From IMG/VR virus record IMGVR_UViG_3300031853_000006, positions 1 to 64,000 of that record: 64,000 nucleotides of DNA; one strand, given 5' to 3'. The notes beneath the pieces were generated by a model. That model saw nothing but the letters and a program-made list of their open reading frames with translations, made no database searches and was not told where the DNA came from. Origin of the DNA: a virus. Lineage: Duplodnaviria; Caudoviricetes. Of this stretch, positions 37,758 to 48,533 are shown piece by piece (the stretch's first letter is position 1; each line of letters starts with the position of its first letter). Both the position numbers and the translations under genes were made by a program.

Positions 37758-38135
37758 ATGAACATCGAAGCTGCAACATTGAAGTATTACAATGCAAACA
37801 ACCGAGGGAACAGAACGAGTGACTGCGTAAAACGTGCATTGTCGTTAGCTCTAGATATTTCATACACCGATATTTCTAAACTCCTCAATGCAGAGATGCA
37901 TAGGCAGCACGAAGATGCATGGAACTATCCTAATGTTTACGGGAAAGTAGCTAAAGATCTAGGATGCTCTGATTGGATGTATGATGGAGTTATAAACGAA
38001 AACGGCAGGATGAAATTAGACGAATTTGTCGACACGGTGCTTGATCCTAATAAGACCTACCTTGTGCATACAGGGAGGAGCGCTTCAGCTCTCAATCATA
38101 CGAAAATTTTATTTTCTTTCCGCAAGTTTCGTTAA
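37758..38135 (+). pseudogene. phage DCV-x-RA family protein (putative papain-like fold), apparently truncated by the tnpB insertion
   Basis: YYNAN...DCVKRALS...H, then an abrupt switch to AT-rich sequence at about 38100. Confidence 0.55.
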
Positions 38136-39615
38136 ATTATTTATTAAATATAACGATTCTTACGAATTTTCACTGAATCTATAAGAATCTAGTGAAATAT
38201 ATAACCTTAAATATAATTAGATATCTAAACAAAGAATGAGAAAGGAGGTGAAACATATGAAAACTTGGAAATCTAACCTTAAGCATCTTAGTCTAAAAGA
38301 TTATGAAATCCTTCGTGATATGTGCCATGCAAGCAAGAATGTTTACAATGCTTCGCTTTATAACATTCGGCAACATTTCTTTCAACAAAGCGAATTTCTT
38401 CGATACGAAGCTAATTATCACTTGATGAAAGGTACCAATGTCTACGATTATCTTGGTAATGTTGCCCAGCAATCTATGAAAGCAGCTGACAGTGCATTCA
38501 AAGCTTTCTTTGCTTTGATTAAAATGTATAAGCAAGGCAAGTTGGAGAGTAGGCCTAACATTCCACATTACTTACCTAAAGATGGATTTTTCAAAATCGA
38601 GTTCAACAGCCCTAGGGACCAGAAGAAGAATATCGAGCAAGGCTACTATCAGCTACCAATGTCTCGATACCTTGCAACCAAGTACGAAGGCATCAGGGTC
38701 AAGATAACAATTCCGCCTTACTTGCGTGACAAACATATTCGACAGATCCACATCATTCCTAGATGCAATGGCAAGTACTTCGAAGCCTGTTTCTTGTTTG
38801 ACGATGTCGAAAATCAAAAAGTTAATCTCGATTTAACTAAAGCATTAGCAATTGATTTAGGTGTCAACAATTTTGCAACTTGCGTAACTTCTGAAGGAGA
38901 TTCATTTATAATTGACGGTAAGAAAATCAAATCAATCAACCAATGGTATAACAAAGAAAATGCCAGACTGTCAAGTATTAAGTATAAACAGAAGTTAAGC
39001 AAAGAGGCAACCAACAGGCAAGCACGATTGTCCGCAAAACGAGGACGCCGCATCAATGATTTCATCTATTGTTCTGCAAAGTACATAGTTGAATATTGCA
39101 TCGATCATAACATTGGTAATCTTGTTGTAGGATACAATGACGGCTTTCAGGATAATCCTAATCTAGGTAAAGTCAACAATCAAACCTTTGTGATGCTACC
39201 TTACGGCAAATTCAAAAGCAGGCTCGAACATTTATGCAACTCGGTTGGGATAACCTATACCAAACAAGAAGAATCTTATACCTCAAAAGCAAGTTTCTTT
39301 GACCTAGATGATATGCCAATTTGGAACCCTGATAATCCTCATCAAGGCAGCTTTTCTGGGAAGCGAATCTATCGAGGTCTGTATAGAAGAAACAATGGAA
39401 CTAATCTTAACGCTGATGTAAATGGAGCGCTAAATATCCTAAGAAAATGTAATGTTGTAGACCTTTCGGTCTTATACAGTAGAGGCACTGTCGTCGTGCC
39501 TACAAGAATAAGGCTATCCTGACTTTTTCAGGAGGAAACTCAAACAGCAACCTTCTTGCGAATAGAATTCTATTAAAAATCTTAATGTAACTTGATAATT
39601 TTTAATTTATTCTAA
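38100..39615 (+). mobile_element. solo tnpB element (IS200/IS605-IS607 superfamily), ends approximate
   Basis: tnpB without tnpA, AT-rich flanks, gene fragments on both sides. Confidence 0.6.
38257..39522 (+). CDS. tnpB: RNA-guided endonuclease TnpB
   Basis: AIDLGVNN (RuvC-I), LVVGYNDGF, QEESYTSKAS, NADVNGALNI (RuvC-III). Confidence 0.92.
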   Translation: MKTWKSNLKHLSLKDYEILRDMCHASKNVYNASLYNIRQHFFQQSEFLRYEANYHLMKGTNVYDYLGNVAQQSMKAADSAFKAFFALIKMYKQGKLESRPNIPHYLPKDGFFKIEFNSPRDQKKNIEQGYYQLPMSRYLATKYEGIRVKITIPPYLRDKHIRQIHIIPRCNGKYFEACFLFDDVENQKVNLDLTKALAIDLGVNNFATCVTSEGDSFIIDGKKIKSINQWYNKENARLSSIKYKQKLSKEATNRQARLSAKRGRRINDFIYCSAKYIVEYCIDHNIGNLVVGYNDGFQDNPNLGKVNNQTFVMLPYGKFKSRLEHLCNSVGITYTKQEESYTSKASFFDLDDMPIWNPDNPHQGSFSGKRIYRGLYRRNNGTNLNADVNGALNILRKCNVVDLSVLYSRGTVVVPTRIRLS

Positions 39616-39823
39616 GACGATAGTAAACGGATAGAGTTTGAAGCTTATGACTCAGCGTCTTTGAAAGCCATGTTGCAGAGGTATCGAGAAACTGGGGAAG
39701 TACCCTGGGAGGATTACTCGGTATCAGAGGAATACTAAAATCGTTAAAAAGAGTAGGGCATGGGTTCCTACTCTTTCTTTACAAAGATCAAATATAACTA
39801 GAAAGTGGAGTAGAGCAGCAAAA

Positions 39824-40033
39824 ATGATACGTTGGAAAAAACAAGAAGACAATACACTCAGGAGTGAAGATGATAGATTCTTAATAGTAGAATCACATGA
39901 TAGCGCACATGGAGATCAGTGGATCTTGCATGATCAAAAAGATGCACTTACAGGAAGCTACGCCTTTCGTACGCAGCTTGATTGTAAGCTAAAGGCTGAA
40001 ACACTACATAAGTTATCGAGGCCTAAATTCTAA
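39824..40033 (+). CDS. hypothetical protein
   Basis: ORF; ATCGTTA motif upstream. Confidence 0.6.
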   Translation: MIRWKKQEDNTLRSEDDRFLIVESHDSAHGDQWILHDQKDALTGSYAFRTQLDCKLKAETLHKLSRPKF

Positions 40034-40081
40034 AAACACCCAAGAAGAACCTTTAATAATCATTGAGGAAGGTATCAACAC

Positions 40082-40417
40082 ATGACTAAAGAAGAGAAAA
40101 TCCTCACCATAACAGAATCATCTGATTTCCATTGTTTATTGGAATTGATGTTACCCCTGTATGACATAGATGAATTTGCATGGTTGCCAGAATTATTCTC
40201 TATCATAGGTCATGAAAGGCTACTTCTACTTGCACGATATGCAGGAGGGGAAACATTGCGGATACCTTCTCTTGACGAGATTTCTCATGCAATCGAATCG
40301 CTTGATTGGTACTATCGTGTATATATAAAGCGAAGCAAACGACGCAAGTCAATTCCGCCTGAATATATTCATTCAGTAGATAAGATCAAAGAGGTGTTCG
40401 ATGCTGCAAGAGATTAA
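40082..40417 (+). CDS. Mor/C-like protein
   Basis: ELFSIIG...LLLARYAGGETLRIP resembles the Mor-family GG-x-x-x-x-IP segment. Confidence 0.45.
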   Translation: MTKEEKILTITESSDFHCLLELMLPLYDIDEFAWLPELFSIIGHERLLLLARYAGGETLRIPSLDEISHAIESLDWYYRVYIKRSKRRKSIPPEYIHSVDKIKEVFDAARD

Positions 40418-40604
40418 ACAATACATAGCAGAGCTTCCAGATGAACCTTTCGAAGATTATTATCAGCGTTATATCAAAGAATCGCAAGATAAGGCAATTC
40501 GTAGGGATTTGAAAGTAGCTTCGCAATCGCTTACACAACTGGAAGATACAGTTGATATAATCAAAGGATTAAACAAACTAACCGAGGAGTTGGGACGGAT
40601 ATGA
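40401..40604 (+). CDS. hypothetical protein
   Basis: Overlapping ORF with GAGG RBS. Confidence 0.65.
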   Translation: MLQEIKQYIAELPDEPFEDYYQRYIKESQDKAIRRDLKVASQSLTQLEDTVDIIKGLNKLTEELGRI

Positions 40605-40969
40605 CCTTATCATCTCAGGAATTCAGAAACGCATACGAAAAATTCTATAGCTCATTTAGGAATTACCTGTGGCCCTATCGAGTAGTTGAAGATCTCGCTA
40701 ATTTTGAAGTAGAGATCTTTAGTGCGTTCAACGACCTTGATAGCACTCGTAATCTTTTAATGAAGCTGAGTAAGCCCATTGAGGAAGTAGTCAAGGAGTT
40801 TGACGATAAAAAACTCGAAGAAAGATTTAATGCGTTCTTTGAATTACTTGATGAAGTTGAAGCCGATAAGATGTATCTTACATTACCGCAAGTTGAGGAG
40901 GTTACCACTAATGAAAATAAGCAAGACAAATCCGAAGAAGTCAATAAAAGCGAGCTCGCAGCAGACTAA
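40601..40969 (+). CDS. hypothetical protein
   Basis: ATGA overlap with the previous gene. Confidence 0.65.
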   Translation: MTLSSQEFRNAYEKFYSSFRNYLWPYRVVEDLANFEVEIFSAFNDLDSTRNLLMKLSKPIEEVVKEFDDKKLEERFNAFFELLDEVEADKMYLTLPQVEEVTTNENKQDKSEEVNKSELAAD

Positions 40970-41186
40970 GGAAAACATTCAAGCATGTGACGATGCAGAT
41001 GCAATCGTGCTGATCCAGGAGGAAGCAGCTGCAGATCCTACTTGCTGCTGCAAGTACGAAAGATCGCTTGAACTTATCTCGGCAGCTATTGAGTCACTTG
41101 CAGAAATTGCAAAAGACGATCAGATCGCAAAAGATTCAATTGCTAACTTAGGAGTAGTAATGCTCGATCTCAAGAGCAATTGTTAA
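40911..41186 (+). CDS. tagged protein (KKSIKASS, IQAC)
   Basis: ATG at 40911 after GAGGAGG. Confidence 0.65.
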   Translation: MKISKTNPKKSIKASSQQTKENIQACDDADAIVLIQEEAAADPTCCCKYERSLELISAAIESLAEIAKDDQIAKDSIANLGVVMLDLKSNC

Positions 41187-41217
41187 ACTAACAAAAAAAA
41201 ATCGGAGGATTGAACAC

Positions 41218-41634
41218 ATGAAAAGAGTAATCAGAGCATCAGCATACGACAACGCTACTATATTTGAAGACGAGAATTATATATTCAAAAAGGAGCATGG
41301 TATCGGCGTGAACGATACTCCGTATTACGGGTTAGCTGTAAAAGCGAAAAACGGATCGCCAGCAGATAAGCACGTAGTACAAGTCAGACTCAACAGCGAT
41401 TTTCCTAGGTATGAGGGAGCCCCTGTAGGAATTACTTATCAGGGTGCATATGTGGCTCACGGAATGCGAAGCTCAACAGATACGTGGGATGACACACAAG
41501 AATACATCGAAGTACTTCAAGATTCGCTTGATTTCGCAAAGAAAGTAACACAGTGGATCAAACATAACGGCTACGACAAAGTTAATCCGGATGTCGAGCC
41601 TGACTATGATGACGATTACGATCTTGATGAGTAA
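41218..41634 (+). CDS. tagged protein (MKRVIRAS)
   Basis: GGAGG RBS; motif variant. Confidence 0.75.
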   Translation: MKRVIRASAYDNATIFEDENYIFKKEHGIGVNDTPYYGLAVKAKNGSPADKHVVQVRLNSDFPRYEGAPVGITYQGAYVAHGMRSSTDTWDDTQEYIEVLQDSLDFAKKVTQWIKHNGYDKVNPDVEPDYDDDYDLDE

Positions 41635-41831
41635 TGTAACTAAGCAACCTCAATAAACCCTATCCATACATTTTAGGACAGAATACACCTACTTACACAT
41701 TGTTTTTCTTCCTAAAAGAGGAGCGCATTCGGCAATTGTTGAGTGCGCTTTTTCTTTGTAATCGTTGGACTGATTAAACTAACTAATACTTGAACCTTAT
41801 ACAATAATGTACTAATTTTTCGATATAATTC

Positions 41832-42059
41832 ATGAAAGGTATTTCAAAAATGGATGCAAAGCAGAAAATCAAAGAGCTGAGATCTAGAACAGGCTTATCA
41901 CAACAAAAATTCGGCATGCTTTTCAAGATGTCAGCAATCAATATCTCTAACTGGGAGCAAGGAGTAACTAAACCTCCCGAGTATGTTGTATACATGCTAG
42001 AAAGACTCATGGAATTGGATCCTGATATTCCAAAAGTAACTAACAAGGAGAATAACTGA
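41832..42059 (+). CDS. XRE-family helix-turn-helix regulator (start may be 41850)
   Basis: IKELRSRTGLSQQKFG...ISNWEQG-x-x-KPPEY. Confidence 0.85.
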   Translation: MKGISKMDAKQKIKELRSRTGLSQQKFGMLFKMSAINISNWEQGVTKPPEYVVYMLERLMELDPDIPKVTNKENN

Positions 42060-42061
42060 TA

Positions 42062-43132
42062 ATGTCGTACACTCAACCCTTCTTCAGCTTAGTAATTCCA
42101 TGCTACAACGATGGAAGATACAAAGCAGGAGCTTATTTGGATAGGTTACTCTCTAGTGTAGTGGCTTCAAATCTGCAGTATGACGACATTGAAGTCATAC
42201 TAGCAGATGATCATTCACCTAAGCCCTACATGCGGACAGTTAACAAATTCAAAAAGTATTTCAACATAAAGATGATAAAAACCGAATACCAGTTTGGGCC
42301 CGGAAACACTCGGCAGGTCGGTACAATGATAGCAAGAGGCAAATGGCTGTGCTTCGCAGACCATGATGACACCTTTTATCCGCGAGCATTGCATACAGTC
42401 ATGGACCTAATTAACAATAGCGAAGGCGATCTAGTATACGTCCATGCTGATTTCGACAAAGTGAACAGTAATAACCCAGATGAAATTGTAGAAAGGTTCT
42501 ATAAGACGGATAATAACGCACTTAAGTTTGTTCATGGCAAGTTCTACAACATCGCAAAGCTATGGAAACCGTTTCATCTGCATTTTCCGAAGGATTTGAA
42601 GACACATGAAGACGTCGCATTAGGTTGTCAAGTAGAATGCGTGCTGAAATACGTTGATCCTAGTCAGATCTTGTATGTCCCTACACCTGTTTATAAATGG
42701 ACAGATAATCCAGAGTCAATTTCTAATCAAAACTACAACGATACTAAGTCGAATCCATTTCTGGAGAGGGCTTACTCAGATTATCTTACTTCCAACATAG
42801 GGCAATTTGTTGAGCAAGCTGAATTAGGTCGGCTGACTCCTATAGAACTTACAAACAAGGTACTTGTAGTCTTCTTAGGCAGCTGGTTCCAATTATACAA
42901 CTTCAAAGTCAATCATCCAGACACTTACATCAAGGAAAACATCGACTATGTGAAATACTGGTGGCACAGATACAAAGAAGTGTCACATTTCAGTACTCCT
43001 GTAATCAAACTAATGATCGCACAAGGGTTCACACAGTTAGCGCTGACCTTGAATCGAACTGCACAAGCTTACGGAGTCGAAAATCTGGATGAATGGCTTG
43101 AAATCTTAGATAGAAAGGAAGAGAAACAATGA
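42062..43132 (+). CDS. glycosyltransferase family 2
   Basis: SLVIPCYN, EVILADDHS, GPGNTRQVG, FADHDD, HEDV. Confidence 0.88.
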   Translation: MSYTQPFFSLVIPCYNDGRYKAGAYLDRLLSSVVASNLQYDDIEVILADDHSPKPYMRTVNKFKKYFNIKMIKTEYQFGPGNTRQVGTMIARGKWLCFADHDDTFYPRALHTVMDLINNSEGDLVYVHADFDKVNSNNPDEIVERFYKTDNNALKFVHGKFYNIAKLWKPFHLHFPKDLKTHEDVALGCQVECVLKYVDPSQILYVPTPVYKWTDNPESISNQNYNDTKSNPFLERAYSDYLTSNIGQFVEQAELGRLTPIELTNKVLVVFLGSWFQLYNFKVNHPDTYIKENIDYVKYWWHRYKEVSHFSTPVIKLMIAQGFTQLALTLNRTAQAYGVENLDEWLEILDRKEEKQ

Positions 43133-44211
43133 GTAAACCATTTCTAAGCGTAATTATTCCATGCTACAACGACGGGAGGTACAAAGACGGTGTATATTTA
43201 GACCGATTACTGACCAGTATGACTAATCAGGGCATGAAACGAGAAGAAGTAGAGGTCATAATTGCAGATGACTGCTCACCTGAGCCATTTTTCGATAAAT
43301 ATGAGGAAAAGTTCGGTGATAAGTTTATTATGAAGTATGTCAAGACTGATTACAACTTCGCTCCTGGAAATACTCGTGCTAAAGGAGTTGAAATAGCGAC
43401 GGGCGAATGGATGGCTTTCGCAGACCACGACGATATGTATTATCCGCAAGCGTTTACAGCAGTACGAAATGCAATCCGCGAACGCAACGAGAAATACTTC
43501 ATATTCACAGATTTCACTGGAGTAACTCCCGAAGGAGAAGTCACAAAAGCGTACAAATGTGTGCTGAACTGGTGCCACGGCAAGTTCTACAATAGAAAGA
43601 ACCTCTGGGACAAATTCGGGATACATTTCATCCACGATCTTGCTTCGCATGAAGACATAGCAATATGCACTCAGGTCGCATGTGCGTTTACACAGCTACA
43701 ACAGGAGCTTACATATCTCGCAGTTGCATCTTACGCTTGGACCGACAATCCTCAGTCAGTGTCCCATGCAAAATACTATGTAGAAGGGTCAGACGGGCCT
43801 AGATACTTCTTAGAAGTATTCTTTAAGGACTATCTAACTGCAACTGGTTATATCTACTTAAATGAATTTGCACAACATAAAATATCACTTAAGTATGCAG
43901 TAACTAGGTGCATCGAGATAGCTGTATACTGCTACATATACACGCAAGGCTTCCAGTTCAAACGCAAGGATTTTCTGAAAGAGAACTTATTCCATTCGGG
44001 TGAATTCTTGAACCGAGTTAAAGAAACATTCAATCTAACTAACGAGCAGATTTATGATGCAGTAGCTGAAGATAACGCAGCCATCTATCGAAAAATCAGA
44101 CCATTAGCCGACCCGGGAGCAGGTGCATACATTCCCCAACAAAGCTTTATGGAATGGATTGAGCTAGTCGACCAAGCATATATCAGTGCAGAAGAGCAGC
44201 CTAATCGTTAA
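43129..44211 (+). CDS. glycosyltransferase family 2 (tandem paralog)
   Basis: SVIIPCYN, EVIIADDCS, FADHDD, HEDI. Confidence 0.88.
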   Translation: MSKPFLSVIIPCYNDGRYKDGVYLDRLLTSMTNQGMKREEVEVIIADDCSPEPFFDKYEEKFGDKFIMKYVKTDYNFAPGNTRAKGVEIATGEWMAFADHDDMYYPQAFTAVRNAIRERNEKYFIFTDFTGVTPEGEVTKAYKCVLNWCHGKFYNRKNLWDKFGIHFIHDLASHEDIAICTQVACAFTQLQQELTYLAVASYAWTDNPQSVSHAKYYVEGSDGPRYFLEVFFKDYLTATGYIYLNEFAQHKISLKYAVTRCIEIAVYCYIYTQGFQFKRKDFLKENLFHSGEFLNRVKETFNLTNEQIYDAVAEDNAAIYRKIRPLADPGAGAYIPQQSFMEWIELVDQAYISAEEQPNR

Positions 44212-44306
44212 AGTTGATGTACCTGTCGGTGGAGGTCAGCATTATAAAGTAACCTTCAATAAATAAGACGAAATTCCAACAGCTTTTTAACGAAAGGAGT
44301 TTATAT

Positions 44307-44927
44307 ATGAAGAAATTCGTCAAGTCCGAACTTACATTGGACATGCGTGAATTCATTGACGGTGTGTGCAGATCGTTGAAAGGGCAACGAGCTTCAGCTA
44401 CTGACTATCGTGAAGCTGCACGTGACGTCGCACATAGATTCCTACCTACTACGTCTACTAAAAGTGCTTTCACAAAGATGGAAAAGGAGATTCTAAATTA
44501 CATGGTTTCACATAACTACATAACTAAAGACGTGCTGAAAGCAGGATTCACAGATAACAACGGAATCAGCGTAATTGATCCGGATGAAGTGCTTCCCAAA
44601 GAGCTAGCCAGCAGAAGATACGGCTGTAGACTTCAGTTTAGCAATGATTCATCAGCTAACGAAGAAGTATTGGAGCTAATGCTTGATCAAGGCTTCGTTA
44701 AAGTAAGCGCTTACAAGCTTCGTGAATATGGAGTTCTGTATCCTGATAAGTCAGTGTTCTTTGCACATTCAGACAGTCATTGCAACGAGATTGCAAATGA
44801 CATAACAGAAGACTACACCGGATTTCGAGTAAGCAGAACAATCAATGTCGTTTGGCCTCAGTACTACGACATCACAATCGTTACCGATGAGAAGGAACAG
44901 AAGCTTAAGTATCATCAGTTAACTTGA
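44307..44927 (+). CDS. hypothetical protein (MKKFVKS N-terminus)
   Basis: AAAGGAG RBS; AACCTT motif at 44251. Confidence 0.7.
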   Translation: MKKFVKSELTLDMREFIDGVCRSLKGQRASATDYREAARDVAHRFLPTTSTKSAFTKMEKEILNYMVSHNYITKDVLKAGFTDNNGISVIDPDEVLPKELASRRYGCRLQFSNDSSANEEVLELMLDQGFVKVSAYKLREYGVLYPDKSVFFAHSDSHCNEIANDITEDYTGFRVSRTINVVWPQYYDITIVTDEKEQKLKYHQLT

Positions 44928-44964
44928 TCAGTAATCACATTCAAGAAAGCGAGAAAGAATCGCA

Positions 44965-45357
44965 GTGCAAGCATCAGCATATTCGATAGTTGCTCAGTCT
45001 ATTCAATTAAAGAGTTTAGAGAAAGACGGAAAGCTTTACTATCGTTACACCATAAGCATTGACTCTGTAGATAAGCTACCCGAGTCAGCTTTAACTAAAG
45101 CGAAGAAGGTGCTGTCAACAGTAGCTACAGCTAAAAAGACACAGAAGTCTACGCCTATAAAACATCCTAAGGCCGCTAGGCTCAATCACCGAATGGACCA
45201 CGATGCAATACCACTACCATCATATAAGAGAGAATGTATGAAGGTAGCCCGGCAGCTCGGATATGATGATAAGGTACTCCAAATGATTGAAGCAGCTACA
45301 ACCGAAGCGCAAGTGCAGTCGGCACTTGTTACAGGACGACATCTAATGAAGGATTGA
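44965..45357 (+). CDS. hypothetical basic protein
   Basis: ORF, start uncertain. Confidence 0.55.
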   Translation: MQASAYSIVAQSIQLKSLEKDGKLYYRYTISIDSVDKLPESALTKAKKVLSTVATAKKTQKSTPIKHPKAARLNHRMDHDAIPLPSYKRECMKVARQLGYDDKVLQMIEAATTEAQVQSALVTGRHLMKD

Positions 45358-45366
45358 TGATTACTC

Positions 45367-45624
45367 ATGGTCAGACTAATATACTACGACGAATCAACAA
45401 GAACAGGAGTGCTTAGTAGCTCTTCAGAAGCATATGTACGCACAGTTGCAACAGAAGTGCTAAAAGAAGACCCAAACACAGATTGTAATCAACTCTCTAG
45501 AATACTCGCAGGAGAGCTAGAGGAAACTCATAAGGTAACTAATCAGAATTCGACCGATGTCCTTATAGATGTCAAGTCAATCGTGTACGCAACACGGTCA
45601 AAGCTAAGAATGCTAATCAAATAA
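45367..45624 (+). CDS. hypothetical protein
   Basis: ORF. Confidence 0.6.
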   Translation: MVRLIYYDESTRTGVLSSSSEAYVRTVATEVLKEDPNTDCNQLSRILAGELEETHKVTNQNSTDVLIDVKSIVYATRSKLRMLIK

Positions 45625-45794
45625 GCAAGCTACTTTTTACTAACATATACTCCTCTATAAAGCAAGCCCGAAGCGTCTTATCAGATGCCTTCGGGCCATG
45701 CTTTGTAGTAAGTTGAACCTTATTTATACACAGAAGAGAATATACAATGATCAAGTAGATGATCATTCAACATAAACAGAAAGAGGTACAGTAC

Positions 45795-46385
45795 ATGGAC
45801 GAACCCAAAACCGTTGGCGGAGTCGGAACTGATCTTTTAGTAGAGCAAACTAGGGATGTTTCGGCAATGCGAGACACCCTTATTTCTTTTAATAAGACCG
45901 ACCCAAATGCAGTCAGAAAAGCAATGCAAAATGTAACGCTGTTACGCGTCTATCACCAGTTAGAGCGCATTGTTAGATACACTGACCTCATTGACCGGAT
46001 AGAGGATAGCATTTATCAATCAATCGATGCGAAACTTGATAGTTCAGACCCGTCTGACCCCGAACTTTATTTCAGTTTAATCCCAATACAGGAACGATTA
46101 CAGCGAATGATGGTAGAATCACACAAGCTGTTAGAGCCCTACTTGAATATGGAACAACTTGCAACATTCGATGTGCCAGTAGCAGAAGATCCAAGTCAAG
46201 CATTCGCTTCTATGATACTCGATCAAGAATCACGAGAAAAGGTAAGAACATCCGCACAGGAGCTGCTTGCAGCTATATCTGCACTTGATGGAACATCTGT
46301 AGACGCAGAGTCAAGAGAAGCAGTTAAAAGCAAAGCAGCCGAAGCACTTGCACAGATAGAAGACAACAGCGAAGACGAGGAGTAA
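45795..46385 (+). CDS. candidate terminase small subunit
   Basis: Helical protein immediately upstream of terL; positional inference only. Confidence 0.45.
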   Translation: MDEPKTVGGVGTDLLVEQTRDVSAMRDTLISFNKTDPNAVRKAMQNVTLLRVYHQLERIVRYTDLIDRIEDSIYQSIDAKLDSSDPSDPELYFSLIPIQERLQRMMVESHKLLEPYLNMEQLATFDVPVAEDPSQAFASMILDQESREKVRTSAQELLAAISALDGTSVDAESREAVKSKAAEALAQIEDNSEDEE

Positions 46386-46391
46386 CCACAG

Positions 46392-48356
46392 ATGGCAGAA
46401 TACAGCGCAATATACGAAGACGCAGTAGATCGCATAACCGCTGTGTATAATTCATGTTCTATAGCCGAGCAGAAACTCCTTAAGAGTATCCTGGAGGAGA
46501 TGAGTGTCCACGGATACTCTCAAACTCTTGAACAGACATGGTTGAGTGATTTCCGAGAAGTTCCTGTGAGTCTCAATCAGTTTTTAGATGACCCTGATTA
46601 TCTTGGCCATGCGACAGACATGGGCAAGTCAGTGTTTCCGTATTGGCGTCAGATGATGAATGATTTATTCAATGCAGGTAACAGGTACAATGAAGTTATA
46701 CTGTCAGGAGCTACGAGAATCGGAAAAACGAGCACAGCAATCACCATAATGGCTTACATGTTATATCGCTTGATGCTTTACAGAGATCCTCATAGCTATT
46801 TCTCACAGAAGCCTACAGCCAGATTTACACTAGTGTTTGCAAACTTGACAAAAGAGCTAGCAACCGGAGTTGCCTTCTTCGAGTTTAACTCTACTATAAA
46901 AGAGTCACCGTGGTTCTTGAGGCATGGATCGATGAATCGAAGTTCGGCTAATCCAATATACCTACCAGACGGTGATAAAATAAACATACTACCTTGTTCA
47001 GATGCAGCACATGCGCTCGGGATGCAAGTTTTTGCGGCGATCATGGACGAGGTGTCGTTTGCCAAGGCGGGAATTAAGGATATTACAAAGGCCAAAGCTA
47101 GTATGAAAAACATGTACGATACAATCAACGCTCGTATTTCAGGTACCTTCAGAATTGGCGGTGAAGTTTACGGCAAATTGATTGCATCGTCATCTAAGAA
47201 TCAGGACAATGACTTCTTAGCCGATCACATTGAGACACAACAAAGGGCAGATAATGAACATTTGTTCCTAGTAGATGAACCGCAATGGAAGATACTACCA
47301 AAAGAGAAGTTCTCAGATAAAGTATTTCATTTTACTGTAGGAGATAGATACAAAAGAGGCTTCGTTATTCCTGAAGAAAACGATGACGAGGAACACAGAA
47401 AGGAATACGAGGAGCAAGGATACAAAGTCATAGAAGCACCTGCCGAATTGAGAAAGAACTTCGTTGCAGACTATGATATAGCCCTCAGGGACATCGCAGG
47501 AATATCTGTTGCAGGAGCAATGGGCTTTATCACGCAGGAGATGGTAACGCCATGTGTTACTCAAGAGAGGCAGAATCCGTTCTACGAAGATGTGCTTGTG
47601 ATAGGTACTCGTGACGAAGGAGTTGAGATATCAGATTACTTTCATGAAGAAGCAGTGCCGAGCGATTTGAAAGTGCAACAGATGGCGATACACATAGACC
47701 TAGCAGAAACTAGGAACCGAACAGGTATCAGTGGCTGTGTGGTTTCGGGTAATAAGGTAGTAGAAACGGAAGATGGCAAGAAAGTAGCACTCCCTTACAT
47801 AAAGCAAGTTTTTGCAGTCGGCGTTGAAGCTCCTAGAGGCGATAGACAATCATTTCAAAAAGTAATCAATTTCATAGTTTACCTCAGGCAGCATCATTTC
47901 AACATAGGGACAATCAGCACTGACCAGTATCAGTCATCGTTTCTTCGTGAAACATTGTCACAACAGGGGTTCGATGTAACTAAATTCTCTGTTACTGGTT
48001 CAATGGATCCGTTTATTGGAATGAAGAATCTTCTAATTGATCAAAGGATCGAGCTAGTCAAGAACCAGGTGCAAGAAGATGAACTCGTTTCAGTGCAGCG
48101 AGTTAACAACAAGATCGAAATACCTGAATCGTCAGATGGCGGGCACGGAGATATTGCAGAATCTGCAGTTGGAGCTGCTTACTCACTTGTGAAGGATCAG
48201 GTAACTGCCCGCCCGCCTGCAAGGAATCTAGCTTCAATCGCAGCAGCAGTTAACACAGGAAGAGGAGGCCGGAGACCTAATCCAATGTCTTCAGCTAATA
48301 CTATAAATAGCGGGCCAAAGGGTAACTACCCTGTTAAGTTTCCGAAGTTGAGGTGA
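46392..48356 (+). CDS. terL: terminase large subunit
   Basis: Walker A SGATRIGKTS, Walker B AIMDE, nuclease HIDLA, STDQYQS, HGDIAES. Confidence 0.88.
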   Translation: MAEYSAIYEDAVDRITAVYNSCSIAEQKLLKSILEEMSVHGYSQTLEQTWLSDFREVPVSLNQFLDDPDYLGHATDMGKSVFPYWRQMMNDLFNAGNRYNEVILSGATRIGKTSTAITIMAYMLYRLMLYRDPHSYFSQKPTARFTLVFANLTKELATGVAFFEFNSTIKESPWFLRHGSMNRSSANPIYLPDGDKINILPCSDAAHALGMQVFAAIMDEVSFAKAGIKDITKAKASMKNMYDTINARISGTFRIGGEVYGKLIASSSKNQDNDFLADHIETQQRADNEHLFLVDEPQWKILPKEKFSDKVFHFTVGDRYKRGFVIPEENDDEEHRKEYEEQGYKVIEAPAELRKNFVADYDIALRDIAGISVAGAMGFITQEMVTPCVTQERQNPFYEDVLVIGTRDEGVEISDYFHEEAVPSDLKVQQMAIHIDLAETRNRTGISGCVVSGNKVVETEDGKKVALPYIKQVFAVGVEAPRGDRQSFQKVINFIVYLRQHHFNIGTISTDQYQSSFLRETLSQQGFDVTKFSVTGSMDPFIGMKNLLIDQRIELVKNQVQEDELVSVQRVNNKIEIPESSDGGHGDIAESAVGAAYSLVKDQVTARPPARNLASIAAAVNTGRGGRRPNPMSSANTINSGPKGNYPVKFPKLR

Positions 48357-48533
48357 TACATTATGGATAAAGAATCAACAGAAGAAGAACAGCATCTAGT
48401 CGAAATGTTTCAATGTACTAAAGAACAATACGATAACAGAGATGAACTAGAACCAAAGGCACTAAACAGCGAAAAGAAAGCTGATTAGTATATAAGTAAC
48501 TCGCAAACATCAAATAATAAGGAGGAAATAATC

